Part shown: positions 1-9,330 of the stretch, in pieces | Layout of the letters: each line of letters begins with the position of its first letter | Numbering within the stretch: position 1 is the first letter of the stretch | DNA from: an uncultured Acidobacteriota bacterium | Lineage (GTDB): Bacteria; Acidobacteriota; Blastocatellia; Pyrinomonadales; Pyrinomonadaceae | Assembly (NCBI GenBank): GCA_963790745.1 | Contig: CAWBPY010000001.1 | Coordinates: 91,925-155,924, forward strand | DNA length: 64,000 nt | Direction of reading: 5' to 3' | Program-made: the position numbers and the translations under genes | The notes under the pieces: model-generated | The model's database searches: none | The model's input: only the letters and a program-made list of their open reading frames with translations | What the model was told of the DNA's origin: nothing

Positions 1-134
1 GCATCGTCGCAGAGTTTACTGGACCAGGGGAGCTACTGATTCAGACGAGAAACCTTGCAGCGCTCGCAGGCCTGCTAAAACCATTCTTCCCGACTCAAGG
101 TGGCGGCGGCGGAGGTTTTAACCTCGGCGGATAG
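1..134 (+). CDS. partial CDS (3' end only), AIM24/DUF124-like glycine-rich C-terminus
   Basis: Frame 3 is open from the window edge: ...EFTGPGELLIQTRNLAALAGLLKPFFPTQGGGGGGFNLGG, TAG at 132-134. Family assignment is by eye only. Confidence 0.3.
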   Translation, partial: IVAEFTGPGELLIQTRNLAALAGLLKPFFPTQGGGGGGFNLGG

Positions 135-136
135 CT

Positions 137-197
137 ATCTTGTTAATCTTGAAAATCTTGTAAATCCTGTCCCATGTTTAGACAGGATTAACAAGAT
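137..197. repeat. short palindromic repeat family A (GACAGGATTWACAAGAT arms)
   Basis: ATCTTGTAAATCCTGTC (155-171) pairs with GACAGGATTAACAAGAT (181-197). The same arms recur at 2289-2368 and 21489-21562, each just after a stop codon. Confidence 0.8.
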
Positions 198-205
198 GAA
201 TAAAT

Positions 206-1129
206 ATGCCTACAGAATCAAAAAAATCTCTCAGTATCCTCGGCGTGCCGCTGGGCTACGGCGCGAGCATGGCGGGAGTTGATATTGGTCCGGCTGCGTT
301 GCGTGTCGCACGTCTGAATCAACGTATCGCAAGACTCGGCTACTCAGTTCACGATCTGGGCGACATGCGTCTGGAACGACCACAGACGTTCCCGGAAGTT
401 GATGAAAAGCTCAAGTACGTTCGCGAGATCAGCAACGCCTGCGAACAGTTGGCGGCTGAAGTCGAAGCAATCCTTAACTCCGATCAACTGCCGCTGATCC
501 TCGGCGGCGACCATTCAATCGCAATCGGTTCATTTGCAGGTGTCGCCTCGTACTACAAGAAGAAACAACAGACACTCGGCCTCATCTGGTTTGACGCCCA
601 TGCCGACATGAACACGCCCGACAGTACTCCGTCCGGCAACATTCATGGAATGCCTCTCGCAACTCTGCTCGGATACGGAACCCCAGAACTCACGAATGTC
701 GCCGGCTTTGCACCAAAACTCGACCCGAAGTTGTGCGCTCATATTGGAGCGCGCGACATCGATCCCGGCGAACGGGATTTGATCAAGAAACTCGGAATGC
801 GTTTCTTCACGATGAGAGAAGTCGACGAACGCGGGATGAAAGCGTGCATGGACGACGCGATCGCAATCGCTTCCGGCGGCACTGCGGGTTATGCAGTTAC
901 ATTTGACGTCGATGTTCTCGATCCCGGCGATGCACCTGGATCGGGCACGCTCGTTCGCGGTGGATTGACTTATCGTGAAGCACACCTGGGAATGGAAAAG
1001 ATTGCCGAAGCAGGCGGCATGCGTTCACTCGAAATCGTCGAGATCAATACGGCGCTCGATGTGAACAACAAGACTGCTGAGCTGGGTGTGGAACTGATTC
1101 TGTCGGCGTTGGGTAAGACAATTCTGTAA
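206..1129 (+). CDS. rocF: arginase (Mn ureohydrolase family)
   Basis: 307 aa with GGDHSIAIGS, DAHADMNTP, SGNIHGMPLA and DVDVLDP ureohydrolase motifs. Confidence 0.85.
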   Translation: MPTESKKSLSILGVPLGYGASMAGVDIGPAALRVARLNQRIARLGYSVHDLGDMRLERPQTFPEVDEKLKYVREISNACEQLAAEVEAILNSDQLPLILGGDHSIAIGSFAGVASYYKKKQQTLGLIWFDAHADMNTPDSTPSGNIHGMPLATLLGYGTPELTNVAGFAPKLDPKLCAHIGARDIDPGERDLIKKLGMRFFTMREVDERGMKACMDDAIAIASGGTAGYAVTFDVDVLDPGDAPGSGTLVRGGLTYREAHLGMEKIAEAGGMRSLEIVEINTALDVNNKTAELGVELILSALGKTIL

Positions 1130-1148
1130 AGGCTGGTGACTTACGAGA

Positions 1149-2282
1149 GTGCCTAAAAAGCTTCGGGTCGGGGTGATTTTTGGCGGTCGATCAGGCGAGC
1201 ACGAAGTTTCAGTTCGATCGGCGCGAGCGATCGTTGAAGCAATCGATCGAAAAAAGTTTGACGTAGTGCCGATCGCGATCACGAAGGAAGGGAAGTGGCT
1301 CGCCCCTGCGCACTCCGCTCAACTTCTGCCGGCCGCTGTGCACTCATTGTTACCTTCGAAGACTCATGAAGCCACTGCCGACGTCGCGCTTTTAGGCGAT
1401 CCGTCTCGCAAGGGTCTGCTTACGCTCGAAGGCGACGCGCAGGCGCTGTCGAGCGATAAACTCGACGTGGTGTTTCCGGCATTGCATGGACCATTTGGTG
1501 AAGATGGGACACTTCAAGGATTACTTGAGATGGCTGACGTGCCTTATGTGGGTTGCGGCGTGCTCGCTTCATCGTGCGGCATGGATAAAGTGACGATGAA
1601 GTCACTCTTCGTTCAAGCGGGTCTGCCGATCTGCAAGCACATCTGGTTTCTCAGATCTCAGTGGCGCAAGGATCCGGCTAAAGTAATACGTAAGGTGACG
1701 AGTGAGATTGGTCTGCCGTGTTTTGTTAAGCCGGCGAATCTCGGATCGTCAGTCGGCGTGTCGCGTGCGAAGGATAAGAAGTCGTTGAGCGACGCGATCG
1801 ATCTCGCGGCTGAATATGATCGGAAGATCATTGTCGAGGAAGAGCTCATCGCACGTGAGATTGAGTGTGCGGTGCTCGGGAATGATGAACCGAAGGCGAG
1901 TTTGCCGGGTGAGTATGTAGTGTACGACGAGACGGCTAGATTTTTGGACTACACAGAAAAATATACAAACACTGGGCATGTCAGTTTTGTCGTTCCGGCG
2001 CCATTGTCGAAATCAATGACAACGAAGATTCAGCGGATGGCGATACGTGCTTTTCAGTCGATTGATGGTGCGGGGTTGGCGCGAGTTGATTTCTTTCTGC
2101 CGCGTAACGGTGGGGAACTAGTTATTAACGAATTGAATACGATGCCGGGACTGACTGAAGTGTCGGGTTATCCGAAGATGTGGGAAGCGTCAGGTCTTCC
2201 GTTTCAAAAACTGCTCGAGGTCCTCATCGAACTCGCATTCGAGCGCCATCAAGAAAAGTCGCTGACTAAAACTTCGAGGTAA
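1149..2282 (+). CDS. ddl: D-alanine--D-alanine ligase
   Basis: 377 aa, GTG start. ATP-grasp signature: RVGVIFGGRSGEHEVS, FPALHGPFGEDGTLQGLLE, VNELNTMPG. Confidence 0.9.
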   Translation: MPKKLRVGVIFGGRSGEHEVSVRSARAIVEAIDRKKFDVVPIAITKEGKWLAPAHSAQLLPAAVHSLLPSKTHEATADVALLGDPSRKGLLTLEGDAQALSSDKLDVVFPALHGPFGEDGTLQGLLEMADVPYVGCGVLASSCGMDKVTMKSLFVQAGLPICKHIWFLRSQWRKDPAKVIRKVTSEIGLPCFVKPANLGSSVGVSRAKDKKSLSDAIDLAAEYDRKIIVEEELIAREIECAVLGNDEPKASLPGEYVVYDETARFLDYTEKYTNTGHVSFVVPAPLSKSMTTKIQRMAIRAFQSIDGAGLARVDFFLPRNGGELVINELNTMPGLTEVSGYPKMWEASGLPFQKLLEVLIELAFERHQEKSLTKTSR

Positions 2283-2288
2283 AGTTTA

Positions 2289-2368
2289 GACAGAATTTAC
2301 AAGATTTGCATGATTCACAAGATAGGGCGCTGAATCTTGTAAATCATGCAAATCTTGTAAATCCTGTC
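2289..2368. repeat. repeat family A copy
   Basis: GACAGAATTTACAAGAT (2289-2305) and ATCTTGTAAATCCTGTC (2352-2368), with extra ACAAGAT/ATCTTGT half-sites between them. Confidence 0.8.
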
Positions 2369-2382
2369 CATCATCCGTTCAA

Positions 2383-3303
2383 TCACTTTGGCCCACGATA
2401 GCCTTTACGCGTCCTTACATCCATCTCTTCACGTTTAACTTTAACTTCAAGCGTTCGCCATTTCCCATCACGCTTCTTATTCAGTGGGTGATAGGAGATC
2501 GTGTACTGGTGCCCGAGCTCGTCAGCAATCCCTGTAAACGCGTCACGCAATGCTGGTCCACCTGGAGTCGCGATAAATCGTCCCCCGGTCTTCTCCGCAA
2601 ATCCTTTCAGAGACGTCGCGCTGGGCCTGTTTCCAGAACCTGCTACTTCCAGACTCGACATATCCACCGCGTAAATACTCGCTCCAACCGCGAGCGCACT
2701 CTCAACCGCTTTATCACTCGTCGCTTTACTGAACGTGTCCATCCCATCCGACAAAACGATAATCGCTTTGCGTACCTCAGGTCGTTCAGCCAGCTTCTTC
2801 GACGCCTCAACGATCGCATCGTTGAGTGTCGTCATTCCTTTCGCACGAATCGCATATGCAATCGGCGCGAGATCTCTGCCACCAGAAAACTCCTGCACCC
2901 GTTCTACTTTTGAATCGAACCGGTAGACTGCTGCGACATCTTCAGGCCGCAAGCCATCGAGAAACCGAATCGCAGCAGACCGCGCAAGCGAGAAGCGCGC
3001 TTCCATACTCCCGGAACTATCCAGCAGCACCACCGCAGCGTAAGGTGATTCCTGAACTGAAAAATTAGCCAGGCTTTCTGGCTTCACCTCAACACCGTCT
3101 TCATAGACTTTGAAGTCAGGCGCCTTCAATCCTTTTACATACTGGCCGGCTTTATCAGTGACGGTGACGTTGAGCACTACGAGATCGGTGTTAGTGCGAA
3201 TCACGTCGTCGTCCTGTGCAACGACAACGACGACGTTAGCGAGCAGAACCGCGACGAGGAAGAGAATTGTTCTGAGCATGCTATTACTGTGGCGGGCGAC
3301 CAA
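2383..3303 (-). CDS. secreted VWA domain protein (acidobacterial VWFA-related type)
   Basis: Signal peptide, MIDAS-like VVLLDSSGSM, later IIVLSDGMDT. Same architecture as 62348-63685. Confidence 0.75.
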   Translation of the reverse strand: MVARHSNSMLRTILFLVAVLLANVVVVVAQDDDVIRTNTDLVVLNVTVTDKAGQYVKGLKAPDFKVYEDGVEVKPESLANFSVQESPYAAVVLLDSSGSMEARFSLARSAAIRFLDGLRPEDVAAVYRFDSKVERVQEFSGGRDLAPIAYAIRAKGMTTLNDAIVEASKKLAERPEVRKAIIVLSDGMDTFSKATSDKAVESALAVGASIYAVDMSSLEVAGSGNRPSATSLKGFAEKTGGRFIATPGGPALRDAFTGIADELGHQYTISYHPLNKKRDGKWRTLEVKVKREEMDVRTRKGYRGPK

Positions 3304-3862
3304 ATGATCGAGCTAACTTTATTAGCTCAAGTAAAAGGTTAGCACTACTAATCACTGACGCAGAGATAACTTGTCTTGGTGTGCTTTGAACTTCTTTAGA
3401 TAACGATTCGGTCCTTTCGCCAATCTGGCAGGCAGCAGTCGGAAGATCAGTAGGTGGGTTGACTAGGGTCAATTCTTCAGACTCGCCACCAGCTTCGCCA
3501 CGCACTTTCTTCGTAAGCTTCTCGAGTCGCTCGATCTTCTTCAAACTGTCGCGATCGAGAGCAGACTTGCCTTGAAGACTTTCTTTAAGTTCTTTTCCTA
3601 TCTGCTGGATTTCCTTCGCGCGAGCAAGATTTTCCTGATGCTCCTTTTCGGCCATCTTGATCATGCGCTTGGCACGAATTTCTTCTTCGAAGGTTGTGAG
3701 CGGAGTCTGATCGTCGTCAGAATTCTTTCTCCCTCCTTCACCGGGAATGGTCTGAGGATTTGACCTCTTCGGAGAAACCGTTTGCCCAAATGCCACAGCG
3801 ACACCGACAAAGATCGTGATCACTGCTGCGAGAGCACAAGCGGTGTATGAAACGTTCTTCAT
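3284..3862 (-). CDS. hypothetical membrane-anchored coiled-coil protein
   Basis: ORF 3284-3895; likely start is MKNVSY at 3862, preceding a TM helix. Charged helical region follows (EEEIRAKRMIKMAEKEHQENLARAKE). Confidence 0.45.
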   Translation of the reverse strand: MKNVSYTACALAAVITIFVGVAVAFGQTVSPKRSNPQTIPGEGGRKNSDDDQTPLTTFEEEIRAKRMIKMAEKEHQENLARAKEIQQIGKELKESLQGKSALDRDSLKKIERLEKLTKKVRGEAGGESEELTLVNPPTDLPTAACQIGERTESLSKEVQSTPRQVISASVISSANLLLELIKLARSFGRPPQ

Positions 3863-3937
3863 TCGACTCTCAGAGTTCACCTTAACAATCGGCACGCCGA
3901 CCCCTAAACCAAAACTTCAAAGCGTATTGTTGGGAGA

Positions 3938-4552
3938 CTACGGAATGCGCCCCGGGTTGTCCGGCGAGTTGATAAACTCTCCCGGCTTACCGCTGCGCTT
4001 AACCACGATCGTTCTCGGCTCAATTCGTTCCGGTGTTCGCTTCTTCCCCTGTGCCGAAGTGTATGCGACTAAGGCCGCCTGCGGATCAGCTTTCAACCCT
4101 GCAAGACGAATCGAAGCGAATTCCTGAGCCGATACTTTTAGCGAATAAGAACCTTCCTGCTCAGGTTGCAGTGGAGTCGGTGTCACTGGCAATGTACTTT
4201 GTTCGAGGCCACCATCTTTTCGCCGGCGTAGTTCAAGAACTACTGAAAGACCGCTAAGTTCCTGCTTGGAGATATTGCGCACCACACCGCCGATAGTTGT
4301 CATTCCTTTTTCGAGCGTTGGCTCGTCGACAACTATGTGAGCCAGCGGTGGACCTTTCGGACCAGAATCGGCAACTGGTGGAGGTGTGTTCTCAGCGATG
4401 ACTTTTTCAGCGTGGTACTTGCGAATGTAGCCGTAACCAACGAGAAGCACCGCGGTGACACCGACGGCGCAAACCACAGCAAGCAGTTTTCGTTTACTAG
4501 ACTCGTTCTCTCGTGCGAGGGCTTCCTCGGCGTGCAATGGATCGTTAATCAT
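3938..4552 (-). CDS. hypothetical single-pass membrane protein
   Basis: 204-aa ORF with an N-terminal TM segment (LLAVVCAVGVTAVLLVGYGY). No recognisable domain. Confidence 0.45.
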   Translation of the reverse strand: MINDPLHAEEALARENESSKRKLLAVVCAVGVTAVLLVGYGYIRKYHAEKVIAENTPPPVADSGPKGPPLAHIVVDEPTLEKGMTTIGGVVRNISKQELSGLSVVLELRRRKDGGLEQSTLPVTPTPLQPEQEGSYSLKVSAQEFASIRLAGLKADPQAALVAYTSAQGKKRTPERIEPRTIVVKRSGKPGEFINSPDNPGRIP

Positions 4553-4583
4553 TAATCAATGAAACTTCAGTTAACACCTTAAC

Positions 4584-5249
4584 TCAGGGCTGCGGGTTTC
4601 GACCTGCAGGGGATGCACCCGTAACAGCCACTATCAAACCTTCAAGAAATTGATCTTCGGCAAGACCAGTACTGCGTAACGTGGTCCATTCAGCTCCAGT
4701 CGCCCCGTCAGTACGACCTTCAACCTTTGCATTAACTGCGATGTTCGCAGAGTTGCCGTCAATCGGTTGAACTTCAACCGTGATCGTATAGCGACCGCGT
4801 GTCCAGGCTCTCGCACTCTCCGCAGTCACATCCGCGTACCTGCTTAGATCAGCCTGCGCAACGACCGCGCCCTTCGTGAAAGTAAACGGCTGACTAACAA
4901 TGATCCCGTCGGCAAGTCTCGAAGCGGATTCATCGACGACGAGCTTCCGATCGCGCATGAGATCCTGAACGGCAGTGATTATCACGTCGCGACGACCCGT
5001 TAAGCGATACGGGTTCGGCAGTGGTGGCGCAACAGTTGACTTGCCGCTGCCGAAGTCCATACCGCGGCCACTGCCCATGTCTTGCTTGTTGCCATTGTTT
5101 CCGGGCGTTCGATCCGAACCAGTATCTCGGACGCGCTCGTTTTGCTTGTCGACACCTTTTGCAGCCTGTGCAAAGGCTGGAACTGAACAGGCAATTAACA
5201 CCAGTAGGCCAGTAATTATGCGCAACATAACAACACCTTTTGTTTTCAA
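4584..5249 (-). CDS. hypothetical secreted protein
   Basis: 221-aa ORF with signal peptide LRIITGLLVLIACSVPAFAQA. Alternative start at 5228. Confidence 0.45.
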   Translation of the reverse strand: MKTKGVVMLRIITGLLVLIACSVPAFAQAAKGVDKQNERVRDTGSDRTPGNNGNKQDMGSGRGMDFGSGKSTVAPPLPNPYRLTGRRDVIITAVQDLMRDRKLVVDESASRLADGIIVSQPFTFTKGAVVAQADLSRYADVTAESARAWTRGRYTITVEVQPIDGNSANIAVNAKVEGRTDGATGAEWTTLRSTGLAEDQFLEGLIVAVTGASPAGRNPQP

Positions 5250-5367
5250 AACACCTGAACTTCAATCGGGGACTTGAACCGAGAATAGATTAACGGTAAC
5301 ACAAAGACAAGCTACACTTTGAATGACAGAACTCACGATTCTGTTGCCTCGCCACGAAGTCTTTAAC

Positions 5368-5462
5368 CCACAAAAGGCACATAAAGCACAAAATGGATTA
5401 ATCGTTTTCTTTTGTGCTTTTTGTACCTCTTTGTGGCTCATCTTGTTTGTGCCTTTTTGCGG
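5368..5462. repeat. short palindromic repeat family B (GTGCCTTTTTGTGGC / GCCACAAAAGGCAC)
   Basis: CCACAAAAGGCACATAAAGCACAAAA (5368-5393) faces TTTTGTGCTTTTTGTACCTCTTTGTGGC (5410-5437). Other copies at 10276-10304 and 23930-24012. It supplies the last codons of mltG. Confidence 0.8.
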
Positions 5463-6511
5463 GCTTCTTCTGCGTCGCGTTCGCGTTCCCATTTGCGCAG
5501 TGCCTGAACACCCGTCTCAAACTCAGCGCCATTGCTGTAGAAGTTGTGTGCACCGTCGTCACGATCCGGGTTGCGAACATAGTAGAGATAATCTGACGTG
5601 GCTGGATTCAAAGCTGCTTTCAGCGAGCTTTCTCCGGGTGAGGCAACTGGCCCGGGGGGAAGTCCCGCATAAATCCTGGTGTTGTATGGAGAGCGCCTTT
5701 GTAGGTCACTCATATAGACCTTTCCGTCGTAACGCCATTTTCCTTCTAGCTTCGAGGCGTAGATGATGCTCGAATCCACTGCGAGGGGGATGTCTTTCTG
5801 AAGCCGGTTGTAAATAACCGACGCGACGAGCGGGCGCTCATCCGCAAGCTTTGCTTCCGTTTCGATAATTGAAGCGGTAGTTACGACCTCACGCGGCGTG
5901 AAGCTCAAGCTCCGGGCACGTTCGGTCCAATCCGGTTTCCAGACGTTGCGGAATCGCTTCACCATCATTTCGATCAGCTCTGCCGGAGTAGTTTCCGGCG
6001 CGAACTCATACGTATCGGGAAATAAATAACCCTCCAGATTTTTAGCAACCGGATCGAGGTCGCTAATCAGGCTCACGTTATTCATTAACTCTAATGCCTG
6101 AGCGTCGTTTTCGAGCTTGAATTCAGGAACCTGCGCCATTGCGCGCGCGATGTCCCAACGCGTCCAGCCTTCAATGATGGTTAGCCGATTGAGTCGTCGC
6201 TGACCTTGCTGGAGCTTTGCAATGACCGCGAGCGGAGAAATGGGAGACGGGAAGTCGTATTCACCGGCTTTTAATGAGGCGCCTTTGCCCGTTAGCTTCA
6301 AGTAAAGCTTTAAGGACCACTCGTTCTGAATTACTCCTTCAGTCGCGAGTTTTTTGATGATCGCGCCGGGGGACGTACCCTTTGGGATTTCGATGTACTG
6401 TCCGTTTTTTGAGTGGGTGATTGGTTTGTGGAGGTTGGAGTAGGTCCAGGCGCTCAGCCCCGCCACTGCCAGCACAACTACTACAATTATCAAAAGTATG
6501 AGCCGCTTCAT
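5438..6511 (-). CDS. mltG: endolytic murein transglycosylase MltG (YceG-like)
   Basis: ORF 5438-6586; probable start is MKRLILLIIVVV at 6511. Motifs GEYDFPSPISP, LEGYLFPDTYEF, ASIIETEA. Confidence 0.85.
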   Translation of the reverse strand: MKRLILLIIVVVVLAVAGLSAWTYSNLHKPITHSKNGQYIEIPKGTSPGAIIKKLATEGVIQNEWSLKLYLKLTGKGASLKAGEYDFPSPISPLAVIAKLQQGQRRLNRLTIIEGWTRWDIARAMAQVPEFKLENDAQALELMNNVSLISDLDPVAKNLEGYLFPDTYEFAPETTPAELIEMMVKRFRNVWKPDWTERARSLSFTPREVVTTASIIETEAKLADERPLVASVIYNRLQKDIPLAVDSSIIYASKLEGKWRYDGKVYMSDLQRRSPYNTRIYAGLPPGPVASPGESSLKAALNPATSDYLYYVRNPDRDDGAHNFYSNGAEFETGVQALRKWERERDAEEARKKAQTR

Positions 6512-6530
6512 TCGTTTCACGTGTCTTTTT

Positions 6531-6595
6531 GGAGTGCGCCAACTTGTTGGCGCTTTAGTATTTTTACCAAAGCGGTGACAAGTCACCGCACTCCA
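6531..6595. repeat. two-hairpin repeat family C (GGAGTGCG...CGCACTCC)
   Basis: GGAGTGCGCCAACTTGTTGGCGC...GCGGTGACAAGTCACCGCACTCC. A second copy with the inverted internal order lies at 17012-17076. Confidence 0.8.
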
Positions 6596-6604
6596 AGGAG
6601 GTTG

Positions 6605-7069
6605 TTAGGTGTCAATTCGGATTCTATTTTGCTCAGTCGACAAAAAGTCTCGAAGGATCAGTGCCGCTGCCTCACCATCAACGAGCGCCGGAATCTCGGC
6701 GTCCGTAACCCCTTCGGCCTTTAAATTCTCCGTCGCCGCGAAGGAAGTCAAGCGCTCGTCCTGCAGATAGACAGGCTGCTGGACCGATTTGGCCAGATTC
6801 AAAGCCAGACGCCGGACGTTTTTTGCAGCATCACCTTCAGTTCCGTCCATCCTTAACGGCAAACCAAGGACTATTGTTTGGGCGTCAAAGCGTTCCAGCA
6901 GGTCGCGCACGTCCTGAAGCAGCTTTTTCCAATTCGAGCGTTTGAGCGGTTGTAGCCGTTTGGTTGTGACCAGCCTTTCGTCCGATACAGCGACGCCGAC
7001 CAATTTCTCGCCGAGATCGAGTGCGAGAATTGGTCCGATGATTTGAGATTGATTCTCCGTTGTTTTCAC
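6605..7069 (-). CDS. ruvX: Holliday junction resolvase-like RuvX/YqgF
   Basis: 154 aa; ILALDLGEKLVGVAVSD and the downstream YqgF pattern. Confidence 0.85.
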   Translation of the reverse strand: MKTTENQSQIIGPILALDLGEKLVGVAVSDERLVTTKRLQPLKRSNWKKLLQDVRDLLERFDAQTIVLGLPLRMDGTEGDAAKNVRRLALNLAKSVQQPVYLQDERLTSFAATENLKAEGVTDAEIPALVDGEAAALILRDFLSTEQNRIRIDT

Positions 7070-7181
7070 TTGCGGATGTTTAGCTTGCGCCTCTTAAATA
7101 CCGCCTGTATCATACGTTTCGACCGCAAAATGTGCGATCTTTTGTTGATTCGGGCTTTAACGCAATCCACGAGGTAGGTAA

Positions 7182-8486
7182 ATGTCATTTCGTACTAAGT
7201 TCATCCTGACTCTGCTGTCTGCCACGCTAACTCTCTATACCGCTGTTGGTGGCTGGATTTCGACCCGCGCACAACAGCCGGCAGCAAACGATCCAAACGC
7301 ACAGTTGAGAATTTTTGAGAGTGTGTTGCAGCACATTCAGAACGATTACGTCGATGAACCAAACATGGAGAAGGTTCGCGCAGGCGCTTTGCGCGGTCTG
7401 GCTTATGGCCTCGACCCTTACTCCACCTACCTGACGCCCGAACAGGTAAAGGAATACAACGCCGGCAATAAAGACAATCTGGTCGGTATCGGCGCAGAGA
7501 TGTCACAAGTCGCGTCGTATCTTTATGTCATCGCTCCGATGAAGGGCTCGCCGGCGGATCAAGCGGGCATCAAAGCGGGCGATATCATTGAGTACATCGA
7601 CAACAAAGCCACTCGCGACATTTCGCTCTACGACGCAAAACAATTGCTGAACGGCGCTGCCGGCTCGGAAGTTAAACTCCGAGTTTTGAGAGCGAACTCG
7701 AGCCCGCTTACGGTGACTGTGAAACGTGGAAGCTCACGCGCTGCGGCAGCCGAAGCACGCATGGATGCAAATCGCGTCGGTATTCTCCGAATCAATAGTC
7801 TAAATGACGGGGAGTCGAACGAAGCCAAGGCAAAACTTCAGGATCTCCTCAAACAGGGCGCACAGAAGATCGTGATCGACCTGCGCGACACCGCCGGCGG
7901 TTCGCTGAATGAAGCGATAGCGGTCGCGAACTTCTTCATTAAAGACGGTGTGATTGCTCAAACTGTCGGCCGCGAAGGAAAAGCGCTGAAGACGTTCCCC
8001 GCGGATCCGAAAGCGAATCTATTTGCGGGACCGGTCGTTGCAATGATCGACACCGGTACAGCCGGCGCAGCGGAAGTTGTTGCCTCTGCCTTGATTGAAC
8101 GAAATCGTGCCCAGGTAGTCGGCGAGAAGAGTTTTGGCGCCGGCACCGAGCAGCAACTCTTTACACTCCGCGGTGGCGATGGACTCCTGCTCACAACCGT
8201 TAAGTGGGCAAGCTCGAATGGCAAGACCTTCCTCGGTGAAGATCGTGCTCATTCAGGTGTCGCGCCTTCTGTTGAAGTAAAAGGACAGGAAGTTTCCGAG
8301 TCGGTTGACCCTGACGAGTTGACGGGCAACGACGACGACTCCATCAAACAGCCAGAGCAGGGAAATGAGAAGCGCGACGTCGCACCGGCTCCGGCTGCGA
8401 AGCCAGCTCCCGCTGAGGATCTTCAACTGAAGAAAGCGCTCGAGCTGTTAAAGGACAAACCGGCACAGCGCGCTGCTGCTGCCTAA
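7182..8486 (+). CDS. S41 family C-terminal processing peptidase
   Basis: 434 aa; signal/TM segment, PDZ-like segment (GIGAEM...GSPADQAGIKAGDII), and an S41 core (VIDLRDTAGGSL, GEKSFGAGTEQ). Confidence 0.85.
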   Translation: MSFRTKFILTLLSATLTLYTAVGGWISTRAQQPAANDPNAQLRIFESVLQHIQNDYVDEPNMEKVRAGALRGLAYGLDPYSTYLTPEQVKEYNAGNKDNLVGIGAEMSQVASYLYVIAPMKGSPADQAGIKAGDIIEYIDNKATRDISLYDAKQLLNGAAGSEVKLRVLRANSSPLTVTVKRGSSRAAAAEARMDANRVGILRINSLNDGESNEAKAKLQDLLKQGAQKIVIDLRDTAGGSLNEAIAVANFFIKDGVIAQTVGREGKALKTFPADPKANLFAGPVVAMIDTGTAGAAEVVASALIERNRAQVVGEKSFGAGTEQQLFTLRGGDGLLLTTVKWASSNGKTFLGEDRAHSGVAPSVEVKGQEVSESVDPDELTGNDDDSIKQPEQGNEKRDVAPAPAAKPAPAEDLQLKKALELLKDKPAQRAAAA

Positions 8487-8504
8487 ACTTAGCCACAGAT
8501 TAAC

Positions 8505-8545
8505 GCGGATGATGACGGACTGATTCGTCCTCATCCGCGTTTTTT
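8505..8545 (+). terminator. rho-independent terminator after the S41 peptidase gene
   Basis: Stem GCGGATGA (8505-8512) / TCATCCGC (8531-8538), followed by a TTTTTT run. Confidence 0.65.
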
Positions 8546-8784
8546 CGTGCTCCGATATCGGATATGGTGACTCCATATCGGGTACACGCCGGATTCCTCA
8601 TCAAACTGAAACGTTGGAGTTAGTTTGTGAATTTCTTGCGATCGACATTTTTTCGGCGTTGATTGATAGAATTACAGCGTCTAACCCTTCTTCTTCAAAT
8701 CACCCGACATTGAAGGAATGGCTCTTGCAGCATACCCGACCGAGTTGGGAAGTACTGGATCTTTTTGCAAGGAGAAGCAGAGCG

Positions 8785-9330
8785 ATGATTTTCACAAACA
8801 AATTACTTCCAGTGGCGTTGATTGCGGCCCTTATTGGTGGTTCGGTCGGCGCATTGGTTATGCATAAGAGTCAGCCTGTAACGGCTGAGACGACCACAGC
8901 AGCACAAACAACAACACCTGCTGCCACTACTGCTGAACCGGTTGCAGGCAACGAGATGGTTCCAGCAGCGTTTAATACGGCTGGTGAGCAGACGGCTTAC
9001 AAAACCGGCTTTGCCGATGGATACGCGGCAGCTTCTGAGTCTCAACAGCGAACTGTGACGTCTACCAGACGTGCTCCGTCTCGCGTCGTTTATCGCAACT
9101 CGGGTAGCCGCGCGTCATCGAACCGCGTTTACTACAACTACGAGCCACGTAAGCGCAGTTTCTGGGATAAGCACCGCGATAAATTGACCGTGGCGATTGG
9201 TGCTGGCACTGGTGCAGCCGTCGGCGGCTTGGTCGGTGGCAAGAAGGGCGCTGCGATTGGTGCGCTTGCAGGTGGCGGCGGTTCGGCTTTGTGGACATAC
9301 AAGCTGCGCAAACGCGACCGGAACTACTAA
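8785..9330 (+). CDS. hypothetical membrane protein with glycine-zipper C-terminus
   Basis: ORF 8614-9330; ATG at 8785 is preceded by AAGGAGAAG. TM helix, Thr/Ala-rich linker, and GAGTGAAVGGLVGGKKGAAIGALAGGGG tail. Confidence 0.5.
   Translation: MIFTNKLLPVALIAALIGGSVGALVMHKSQPVTAETTTAAQTTTPAATTAEPVAGNEMVPAAFNTAGEQTAYKTGFADGYAAASESQQRTVTSTRRAPSRVVYRNSGSRASSNRVYYNYEPRKRSFWDKHRDKLTVAIGAGTGAAVGGLVGGKKGAAIGALAGGGGSALWTYKLRKRDRNY

Noticed and set aside
5262-5766. Short ORFs across repeat family B (5262-5492, 5323-5766, 5414-5596), rich in CAFC/FVPF peptides
   Set aside because: They are encoded by the palindromic repeat and the antisense strand of mltG. The same peptides appear wherever the repeat occurs.
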